Below, piece by piece: positions 1 to 8,784 of a DNA stretch of 20,000 nucleotides (position 1 is the stretch's first letter; every line of letters starts with the position of its first letter). Made by a program: the position numbers and the translations under genes. The stretch comes from Stramenopiles sp. TOSAG23-3 (taxonomy: Eukaryota): positions 58,654 to 78,653 of the forward strand of contig LT642147.1 of assembly GCA_900128585.1 (NCBI GenBank). The letters run 5' to 3'. Under the pieces are notes generated by a model. The model was not told the DNA's origin. It worked only from the letters and a program-made list of their open reading frames with translations, and searched no databases.

Positions 1-887
1 CGTTGGTCCCCGGGGAGGCCGTTTCACAGGTCTCCCCGGCCGCGGTGGTGGCACAGTCGTTGCCATCACTAAGGCAACAGGCGCAACGGCTCGACTCTGC
101 CAGTCCGTAACGGGTGCACTTGGCAATTCTGCTGTTTGGCGAGTAGTCGTGGTTGCAGACTTCGCCCGGTGCGATTTCGGTGGTTCCACACAGGCACGAA
201 ACGGTGGTCTGCGCAGAAGCCATGGTGTTGACGCAGGCAGTCAGCGCAGTGACGGTGCCATCGTTACTGCAAACCTGATTTCGCTTTGCAGGCGTGCAGG
301 ATCCGCTTCCAGAGGACGGGCAGCACTACAAGTCGAGGAAGGGAGACGATCGATCGTGTTAGTCGCGGAGCAGAGGGGGAGAGAAAGACAACGTTGATCG
401 GGAGTACTTACGGTACAGTCCTGGGAGGCTTTTTTGCCCCCGCCCGCGCACGGCTTGAGGACTATATCGCTCAGCTGGCAGACCTCGCCAATGCCAACGA
501 TTGAATCGGCGCACCGGCCTAAGTAGAAGAAAGGGTAATTTTGTTGTCGCGAAGGGACGATGAAAATTGTTAGCACAAGGGCAAAAGGTTGGTCGGCAAA
601 AGAAGGGTGCGAGGGGCGGGCGGCTGGCTCTACTTACAGGGCTGCGAAGCGGCGCGCGTGCCGTCCACGTTCGTGCAGGCGCTGGGGTCCAAGCACATGG
701 TCGCGGATGCAACGGCAAGGGCCCGTTCTTTATGTTCCATTTTTGCCAGAAAATCCACCCCACGGAGTTGCCGGAAACTGTGGGGGTACGCTGGCGACCT
801 TTGCAGGCCGTGGAGCTGCTGCGCCTTCTGCGCGCTAGCGCACACGAGAAGGGCGCACGCCAGCAGCGTGCGCAGCGTTTGGGACAT
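1..887 (-). CDS. Secreted cysteine-rich repeat protein, 3' partial; exons 887-638, 518-412, 325-<1
   Basis: Manual splicing. Exon 1 starts with a signal peptide (MSQTLRTLLACALLVCASA). Two GTAAGT...CTAAC...TAG introns join the frames in phase 1 and phase 0, giving ...CTNVDGTRAASQPCRCADSIVGIGEVC...ASQDCTCCPSSGSGSC...VSCLCGTTEIAPGEVC...SRCACCLSDGNDCATTAAGETCETASPGTN, open to the window edge. Confidence 0.88.
326..411 (-). other. Spliceosomal intron 2 of the Cys-rich gene (86 nt)
   Basis: Donor GTAAGT at 411-406, branch-point ACTAAC at 363-358, acceptor TGTAG ending at 326. Phase-0 join into a stop-free Cys-rich exon. Confidence 0.88.
519..637 (-). other. Spliceosomal intron 1 of the Cys-rich gene (119 nt)
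   Basis: Donor GTAAGT at 637-632, branch-point GCTAAC at 574-569, pyrimidine tract and TTAG acceptor ending at 519. Removal restores the frame (T|GC = Cys). Confidence 0.88.
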
Positions 888-2628
888 TGGTCTTTGTCTT
901 GCTTTGTTGTTCTTTCTTTTGCAGTATTGTTTGAATAGTGCAAATTATGCAAATTTAGTGTGCAGTCGGCAGGATTTGCTCTTTAAAATAACGCGCCGTT
1001 TCATTCACGAAAGTAACAGCGTGGGAACGCAGCAACATCATGGTTGCGGAAGCTGCCCAAAAAGCTCGGCTTACGTGCAGCATATCATCGGTACCGGGCA
1101 CTTTGTTGTTGTTCTTCTTCTTTGTGAGCAGCTGCTGGTGCCGGCACAATAAAAAAATAATTAAACCACCACCATCCTGTTGTCCTGCTATCGGTAGTTT
1201 ACTCGTTGGTTCTACTTCCATATCTATAGCTCCTGTTCTGTGGGTGTTGTTTGGGTGGTGAGTGGGCGGCGTGAGCTCGAGAAAGTTTCCTGTTACAGGC
1301 GCATAGGCAGAACATTAACGTGTAAAAAGATTATCCAAAACCGACGGACCGCAACAACAAAAAGATCGAAATTTTGGATTCGAGAACCATTATTTTGTAC
1401 CTTAACATGGAGAAGCAACCGGGAGAGCTCTTCTGAGAATATAGTAATTGTAAATAAACTAGACGAGCGACGACACCAATGTATCATTAAGGATAATTGT
1501 TCAAATAGGAGAGAATCACTGGACGAACCATTTCGAACGGATTAAAAAAAACTCAGCAGAGACTCCTCTCCCTCCCCTTTCCTATTTTCTTGCAGTTTTA
1601 GTTTTCTTCAATGGTATGGAAGCAGCAGCCGGGACAACTCCTCGCTTGGGTTCCGAGAGATTTGACATATTTCCCAACACTGTTCCGATGTATATAACCA
1701 ACTGGTTCGTTTGGGTTCGAAGGTTCAAAAGTTTGGTTTTGCAGAAGTATACACAGTTGCATAGTTGTCTTGCGATGCCCCCCTATGGAGCAAAAATCGA
1801 CGAAAATTTTGCCAGTCATTTGTTTTTTTTTTGTGGAGAGGAAACGCACGCAAAAGAAAGGATGATTCTGCTTCGAGCTTCGAGGAACAATAATAAGTAG
1901 GAGGAACACTGAACAAAACGCTTGCCGGTAAACTTACACGCCACTTCTTTGATTCTTTTGATGCATAAGAAGAAATACCGTCCCCTCACCATTAAATTGT
2001 TTTTCTGATTAGTCTAACATTAACATGGAAGGGGGAATCGTATATAGTTTATTTACTCCGGAGACCACGCACAGCAATGGTGTAATTTACAAAGACATAA
2101 CAGCTGCGCTAGAGTCCATATCACAATAGTATACATTGAACAGTATGGGATATATAGATAGGTTACAGAATGGCACTTTTACCTGCCAAAAAGTGGTGTT
2201 ATTTTTTAAATAAATAAAAAACATTGAAGTAAGAAATAATTGTATACTCGATGACATAATCGTCCTATAATATAATTAAATTTGAATTATTCTATAGTCT
2301 GTCTACCTTTTATGAAACAAAGCAGTACACAAGTTGAATAATTATTCAGACAAACAACATAGAGGAAGGAGGGCAGAGAGAGAGAGAGCAGGATACCATT
2401 TGTTTTTAGAGGTCCTTAATATAAATTAATATGTCACTATAATATGTACGACGTAAGGGAAATAGGTCTTCTCTAATACCCTACTTTCTGTAATCCTCAC
2501 CTTCACCTATCTAAAGACAATGACATTATGTATTAATAAAGAAAGAGAAAACCTTAAAATCAAAATAAAGAAGAAGAAGAATTGTACAATGGTGTGATAC
2601 CGTATCTCTCAACAACAAAAAAATCCGC

Positions 2629-2716
2629 GAAGAAGAAGAAGAAGAAGAAGAAAGAAGAAGAAGAAAGAAGAAGAAGAAGAAAGAAGAAGAAAGAAGAAGA
2701 AGAAAGAAAGAAGAAG
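2629..2716. repeat. (GAA)n/(GAAA) purine microsatellite
   Basis: Directly visible imperfect GAA tandem repeat. Confidence 0.95.
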
Positions 2717-2972
2717 TTTAAGTTTAAGTTTATATAGTATTAATAATTAAAATCAGGAAGTGGTGTGTGTGCAACCTTCATGCAATGTTCTTCTCTATTT
2801 TTTGGGTACCCATATATAATTTTGTTCGATAGGATACTACTCGGCAGCCCTATCCGTGTTCGTCTGACATCATCATCGGCGATTTTGTTTGTTGTGGGGG
2901 CTTCGTATTTTCTTTCCACGATTGATTAAAAAAGAAAAGAACGAGGGCAGAACTATTCGATACAAGCTGGCC

Positions 2973-3831
2973 ATGTCGCACTTGAACCTTGCAAACTCGA
3001 CCAAACGATGCAACGACTCGTCTTGGAACCCCTTGCAGAATTGGAGTAAGACTCGACCGCTGCAGATCGCCGTTGCGACAGGCGGTGCGCTAGGGTACTA
3101 CCTTGGCGAGGCTAGTAAGGTGCAGGGGGGGGGCGGCCACCTTGACCTACTTCTGTGGCCGTGGAAAGGCCGAGACAACGCGGTGGATGCTGGCGGCAAC
3201 GGGCGTGAAATTTTGCAACTCCGGTCTGCGGACGCACAAAGAGTTCGTTGACCTGAAGGAGAAGCAAGGGAAGCTTCTGTTTGGTCAGCTGCCTATTTTG
3301 GAACTGGACAATCATGTCTTCACCCAAAGCGCGTCCATGGTAGAGTACCTTGCCAAGCGCGCCAACCTCTGCGGCAAAGACTTGTTCGAGGAGACCCGGT
3401 GCTCAGAGATTGCGGGCGCCGTGAGGGACTGGGCGCAAGGGCCGATGGCAGTGGCCTTCCAGGAGGACAAAGGCGCGTACAAACAGGGGCACTGCACCAC
3501 GCTGTTCAAGAAGTTCGGGGATTACATGGAGAAAATTTTAAAAGAAAACCCGAGTGGTTTCATGGTGGGGGAAAACGTCACGTACGCAGACATTTTGGTG
3601 GCCGAGTGCCTGACAAGCTACGAGGAGATGATCCCGGGAATCATCGATTCGTTCCAGTACGAGCGGTTGAAGATGCTAAAGAACGTCGTGTGCAGCCTGC
3701 CGAGCTTAAAGGAGTACTTGAACTCCCCGCTGCGGTATGATTTTCCAGACGACACGTACGTCACCAATGTCCGAACGGTCCTAGGGCAACCGCTGCCTCC
3801 GCACCTGAAGCGTAATGGCGAGAACCCGTAA
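2973..3831 (+). CDS. Cytosolic-type glutathione S-transferase (alpha/sigma-like); 5' end uncertain because of a frame break at G9 (3125-3133)
   Basis: LTYFCGRGKAETTRWMLAATGVKF matches the GST N-terminal catalytic-Tyr motif. LLFGQLPILE..TQSASMVEYLA is the cis-Pro/QS glutathione site and FMVGENVTYADILV is the C-domain N-cap box. The catalytic frame has no ATG before the Tyr motif, so the start must come from ATG 2973 (1-nt indel) or ATG 3008 (intron). Confidence 0.9.
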
Positions 3832-4083
3832 GCTGCGCGCGGGCTCCCAGCGGAACGTCTGCCGCCGGGCGATGCCGAAACCGACGAATGCGTCAGCGCA
3901 GGGAGTGCGTCGTTTACAAAGTGCTCGTAGTGGGTGTACGGGCTCGTCTGCGAGCCTTGCTTTCAATTGCACTTTTATGTATAATTCTTAATATTTTGAT
4001 ACTTATAATAACGCTGCTTGGTTTTAAATATTTACCCTTCGCTCCGACGACGTCGTAAAAATAAATAACTAAGAACCGTCCCG

Positions 4084-4752
4084 TTAACCCACCGCAAAAT
4101 AATCAGAAAACTCTGGGACGGTCATGCACATTCCATAGGGCATCCCTCCGTCGATTGCCCCTTTCACGGCGTGTCTCCACTCCTTCTCCCCCCCCATCGA
4201 AGGGCATTCCGACCCCGCCGTGGTCCAAAATTTATCCAAGTTGTTGCCCGGTGCCCCAATCGGCGCATACGACGGTGGCGCGCTCTGGTACTTCCCGTTA
4301 TCGCCAATCATGTGCGACCGGTCGGACGCGAACGTCTCCAGAAAATGCCGCGCCGACACCACACGGACCATTTGCCTCAGTTTGTCCGGGATTCTCATGT
4401 TGGGGGGTGATAGTGCCGCTTCAACGTATTGCTGCAGCGAGCAAGGAAAGTCTAGCCTCGTGTCGAGATCGAACACAAGGGCGTCGGACGCTTTGCTTGC
4501 GACGACGTAGATCACATGGTAGTCCCAGACTACCAACCCGTCGCCTGGTCGCCCACTCTTTTGCTGAAACACGGGGCACGTTCTTGGAGGGTTTGATATG
4601 AAAACGGCAAAAGCGTCCTGGGTTTCCGCGTCGCTTATGCCAACACCTTGCTGGCACAGAAAGTACACGTTCTCCTCACAATAACAGGAGGTGTAAACAC
4701 ACTCGTCCCGAGCGGGAACCCGGACGGGTGCAGCACCAGCGGCCAACTCCAT
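4084..4752 (-). CDS. NTAQ1: Protein N-terminal glutamine amidohydrolase (Nt(Q)-amidase)
   Basis: Signature motifs YTSCYCEENVY, VVWDYHVI, VFDLDTRLDFP and FASDRSHM. Intact 222-aa single-exon ORF. Confidence 0.96.
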   Translation of the reverse strand: MELAAGAAPVRVPARDECVYTSCYCEENVYFLCQQGVGISDAETQDAFAVFISNPPRTCPVFQQKSGRPGDGLVVWDYHVIYVVASKASDALVFDLDTRLDFPCSLQQYVEAALSPPNMRIPDKLRQMVRVVSARHFLETFASDRSHMIGDNGKYQSAPPSYAPIGAPGNNLDKFWTTAGSECPSMGGEKEWRHAVKGAIDGGMPYGMCMTVPEFSDYFAVG

Positions 4753-5066
4753 CCTTGCCTGGTTGGTATAGTATGTGGTTTGGTTGGTACTTTATGCTCG
4801 CATGTTGTTTCACGCACATGCGTACCCCTCCACTTTTTCTCCAACCACCGTTTGTTATTCGGTTTCACTAAAAAAACTAATAGCCCCAAAGGAATTTTCT
4901 CTTTCTTCCTTAATATATATATACATACTTGGTACAGTTTTTAAATTGTAATCGAATATAATATTTATATAATACTTGGTACTTTAATAATTATTATTGT
5001 TGAGCTCGCTCGACGACGATATTATATATAATAAAAAAATATTATATTTTTTTTATTAGTAGAGGA

Positions 5067-5147
5067 GAGAAGAAGAAGAAGAAGAAGAAGAAAGAAGAAC
5101 GAAGAACAACGAACGAAAAGAAGAAAAAAAGATAAGAAGAAAAGAAG
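5067..5147. repeat. GAA-rich purine low-complexity tract
   Basis: Visible (GAA)n grading into GAAC/GAAA variants. Confidence 0.85.
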
Positions 5148-5398
5148 TGTATTTATTATTTTATGATGAGAAGAAAGATGAAAAAAAAGTATTAAAAAAT
5201 AATTTATTATATTTAAAATTAAGAAGAAGGAAGAAGAAGACCTATTATTACTGATATTTACTTTATTTATATTATTCCTCTGTTAAAATTGTTTTCAAAT
5301 AATAATAATTTTATTCTTACAGTAGTATTAATAGTCCTTCTTGGAAGAATGTTACATACAACTGGTCTTCTTGCCTGAAGGAAGAAGAAACAACATTT

Positions 5399-5401
5399 TT
5401 C

Positions 5402-5473
<72 letters not shown>

Positions 5474-5492
5474 TNNNNNNNNNNNNNNNNTT

Positions 5493-5567
<75 letters not shown>

Positions 5568-5569
5568 TC
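5399..5569. repeat. (CTTT)n tetranucleotide microsatellite spanning a 16-N assembly gap (5475-5490)
   Basis: Directly visible. The true length is unknown because of the gap. Confidence 0.97.
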
Positions 5570-5898
5570 ATTGTTGTTAGTCTATTGTGTAATATAATTA
5601 ATTTTTGTTGTTGATAATAATAATAATAATAATATTTTTTTAGATTGATTGATTGTTGAAGAAAATGTTCGAAAATGTTCTATTCGAATGATATTTTCTC
5701 CTTTCTTATTAGACTACGGCTCTGTTCATTTATTTGTTGTACACCTATTGTTCAAAATCAGGTTTTCTGTTCTGTCGCGGTACCGAATGGTTATTGTAGG
5801 TTTTGGGGACCAGTCTTTTTGCATACATTGAGCGCCGGCGTTCGGACACGTATAAATTAATACTTAGTAAGCAGTGCCCGATCTTTAAAAACCATACC

Positions 5899-6387
5899 AT
5901 GGGGGTTTGCTCGTCGTGCTGCAACGATAGTGCCGAAACAGAAAATGCCTATTCGTCCCTCTTAGAAAGTGAAAAGAAGCCCGCCGGCCCGGCATCAAAC
6001 GGCAACGGTGGTTTTGAAGGGGGCAATGTCGTAGTGTTGGCGAAGGAGAACGTGGCCAGCAGGGACTACAAAAGTGGAGCGTCCACTGTTGAATCCAGCA
6101 AACGGAAGGGTGGGAAAGGTATTGAGTCCAGGCCGATTAGCGTGCCTCGCAGCGCGGAAAGACTGAAAATCGCGAAGAAGACTACGTCAGAGGACGCAGA
6201 ATGCGTGATTTGTTTAGAAAATTTTAGCGCCAGTCACCCCGCAGTGAACAAGAAGTGTGCTTGCGGTAGGCAAACCCGCTACCACTTGAGCTGCATTTTG
6301 TCCTGGAAGGAGCATTCTGAAGTCTGCCCCGTGTGCAGCCAGAAGGTTACGCTACTGGATGAAAACGGGGAGACACTGCTGGAGTGA
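5899..6387 (+). CDS. Small RING-finger protein (probable E3 ubiquitin ligase) with N-terminal myristoylation/palmitoylation-type motif
   Basis: First ATG at 5899 gives MGVCSSCC (Gly2 plus Cys cluster). C-terminal CVIC-x14-CAC-x6-HLSC-ILSW...-CPVC has eight Zn ligands in C4HC3 order and the conserved Trp. Confidence 0.88.
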   Translation: MGVCSSCCNDSAETENAYSSLLESEKKPAGPASNGNGGFEGGNVVVLAKENVASRDYKSGASTVESSKRKGGKGIESRPISVPRSAERLKIAKKTTSEDAECVICLENFSASHPAVNKKCACGRQTRYHLSCILSWKEHSEVCPVCSQKVTLLDENGETLLE

Positions 6388-7065
6388 TTGTAACCAACCG
6401 GTGGTGAACGGCGGCTTCACCACGCACGACGTGCATGTACTGCGCAATTCGTGAATTGTATATATTTTAAGAATTCTTACTAAGAATTTAATCCGCCACA
6501 GGTTAATGAGCTGGTGGTGTCTTTTTCCGCGGCTAGTGCTAGTTTGGAGATTTGCTCCCGTCTGTTTCAATATTAAAGAATACACTTTATTATACTTAAA
6601 ACTTACTTTATACAACCTATATAATATTTATGTAATCCGCCAATCCGCCGCGCACATTTGTGTTGTTGTTAGTTCATAATTATTACTATACGTTACGTTA
6701 CATGTGAGGCACGGGTGAAATTATTTCCTCCTCGACACCTCGCGGCAGAGTATTTAAAGTGCCGCCCGTGGTTATAACAAGGAGGATTTTTGGTTCTTGA
6801 ACGGTTTCCCTTCTTTTTTTTCTTTTTGAGTGTCTTAAAACATATACTACTGTATATAATTTGTTGTTTTTGAAAAGAAGGCGGAGGAAGAAATGGTTTC
6901 ACACGAAGCCATGGTTTAAGAGACAGAAGAGGGACGAACTAAAAATACTATGATAAGAGTTAAGTTTTATACGTTACTACGTACGTGCAAAGGTTGTAGT
7001 TTATTGAATGCATTTCAGGACAAGCACCCACGTTGCTCCACAACAGCCAGCATTCCACGGCGTGT

Positions 7066-7635
7066 TTAAACTTGCGAAAGCAACAATTCTGCATCCTTGC
7101 CCGCGTCTTGCACAAGTTGAAAACTGGAGACTTTTCCATCCTTCACCAACATGCTGAACCTCTCGCTCCTGGTCATAAGAGAGGTATCGGAGTAATCCTT
7201 GGCCAGCTCAAACTCGTGTGCGAATTCGCCCGTCGGGTCTGCTAAAAACGAAATTTTTTCCGGGGCGACTCCCATGGCTTTCGCCCAATTAAAGTGGGCA
7301 TATGGGCATGCGTACGAGTAGCAAACGACTTCGTCTACGCCCTTCGCTCTGAACTCGTCTGCCAAGCGCTCGTAAGCGGGGACGTGAAAATTAGTACACG
7401 TACCTGTGAAAGGCGCGGGGACACCGAAAACCGCTACCGTTCGCCCAGAAAACAAATTCTTCATACTGACCGCATTGTCCACCGCTTTGTTTGAAGTCCC
7501 ATCATCATGCCACGGACGAGCCGATTGCAAAGTCACAGGCGATTTTGCCAGGTCGGCCCCAGTGCTTATTGAGCGGTGGGCACCACCCCCCGTGGCAGAG
7601 CAACGAAGGGCGGTGGGTAACAGTCTAGAAATCAT
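7066..7635 (-). CDS. PRDX5/type-II-like peroxiredoxin (Redoxin family), probably mitochondrial
   Basis: LFSGRTVAVFGVPAPFTGTCTNFHVP carries the PxxxTxxC peroxidatic motif. KGVDEVVC, FLADPTGEF and RSERFSMLVKDGKV match PRDX5 landmarks. The Arg/Ser-rich, acid-free N-terminus resembles a mitochondrial presequence. Confidence 0.92.
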   Translation of the reverse strand: MISRLLPTALRCSATGGGAHRSISTGADLAKSPVTLQSARPWHDDGTSNKAVDNAVSMKNLFSGRTVAVFGVPAPFTGTCTNFHVPAYERLADEFRAKGVDEVVCYSYACPYAHFNWAKAMGVAPEKISFLADPTGEFAHEFELAKDYSDTSLMTRSERFSMLVKDGKVSSFQLVQDAGKDAELLLSQV

Positions 7636-8498
7636 CCGTGCCGGCAGTGTTTGGTGAGGGAGTCAAGTAAATCTAGTCTGGTCTCGTTTACCTTTCTTTT
7701 CCATTCAAAATGTTTATACATATATTGAGGGTTAAAACGTTCATTATTTGTTGTTGGTACCATATATCCTTGTATGTAAAGTTGCCTCGTAAGAGATCAT
7801 ATTAAATCCAACATGTACAATCATCCAATCTGAAATCCAATAATATATATAATAACAACTAATAATAATCCATCATCATCATCTCATCGTATAATATTAT
7901 TAATAATATACCAAATAATATATTATTTTTATAAAATAATATATCATCCTCTTCTTGTTTCTTTTTTTTTTCTTCTTCTACATTATGACGCACACACAAT
8001 CCTATCATCAGCGTCATCGATCTCGACATACGCTCGACCCAAAAGTACTATGCACACCGCAGAGGAAGAGGGGGAAATTGGTGACCGCACATCCTAGACT
8101 ACGCGGTACCGTACCGGTACAGGGTCATACCGTCTTCTCATTTTTTCACTATTAATAATAAGTGAGGGATATTTATTATTCAAGATTTTAAAAAAAACTA
8201 TAATAATATCATAAAATATATATATAGTGAACATTTTAAATTGATATAATAAATTTAGGGTTTATTAGTCTATTATTATTTTGTGAGTTTTGTTACCACC
8301 CTTCGTATTACTATTAATACCGCATTAGTAAAAGAAGAACAAGAAAAATAATTGAATTCTCAACAAAATATGCTTTTTGGATAAAATAGATTGATTCTTT
8401 CGGCCATTCGTCGTGGGACTGATTGGGCGGTCAATTTTAACAACAGGGGCAAAACCCAAACCAACATCTGGGCGTACATTCAAAGTTCGCCGACGACA

Positions 8499-8784
8499 GC
8501 TGGAACGAGGAATCAGCTGAGCCCGCCATGTAGTCTTCGAAAATGCTCCGGTTGACCTCAATCGTGATCTCGTCCCCGCACAGGTACCCAAGGGTGCACC
8601 ACAGTATCCCGGCCACTTAAATTTCGCCGACGAACTTAAAACGATCTGCCTTCCGCTTACACAGCGAATACTGCTGGAGCGAGGAATCAGCTGTGCTCGA
8701 CATGTAGTCTTCGAAAATGCTCCGGTTGATCTCAATCGTGTGCTCGTCCCCGTATAGGTACCCAAGGATGTACCACAGTATCCC
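8499..8784 (-). repeat. Direct duplication of 112 nt (8673-8784 in the CDS; 8499-8610 past the stop), period 174 nt
   Basis: Manual alignment shows 11 mismatches in 112 nt with no indels. A further shared block TCGTCGGCGAA follows both copies. Confidence 0.95.

Noticed and set aside
149-1261. Overlapping ORFs such as 359..952(-), 567..938(+), 589..1152(+) and 955..1221(-)
   Set aside because: These are shadow frames of the spliced Cys-rich gene or low-complexity spacer and carry no motifs. The 630..887 and 241..576 ORFs are explained as exons 1 and 2.
1240-1920. Possible small genes or a decayed mobile/viral relic
   Set aside because: Only short ORFs on both strands, with no recognisable domain, terminal repeat or consistent splice signals. 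A degenerate relic cannot be excluded without a translated search.
1700-2200. tRNA or snRNA suggested by GGTTCGA (~1714) and CTTTTAC (~2176)
   Set aside because: No cloverleaf arms or flanking snRNA structure support them; they are isolated short matches.
5317-5580. KERK-rich and FLSF-rich ORFs
   Set aside because: They are translations of the (CTTT)n microsatellite across an assembly gap.
3832-6460. Selenocysteine recoding (SECIS in the GC-rich GST 3' UTR; RING TGA followed by TTG TAA)
   Set aside because: GST ends in TAA, the RING TGA is not at a conserved Cys position, and no SECIS core (AUGA...GA with apical AA) was identified.
2973-7635. Redox/proteostasis gene cluster (GST, NTAQ1, RING, peroxiredoxin)
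   Set aside because: These are common housekeeping classes in mixed orientation; adjacency alone is not evidence of a functional cluster.
8499-8784. Diversity-generating retroelement TR/VR pair
   Set aside because: Four of 11 mismatches are not at A, the adenines are in the coding copy rather than the non-coding one, and there is no reverse transcriptase or accessory gene in the window.
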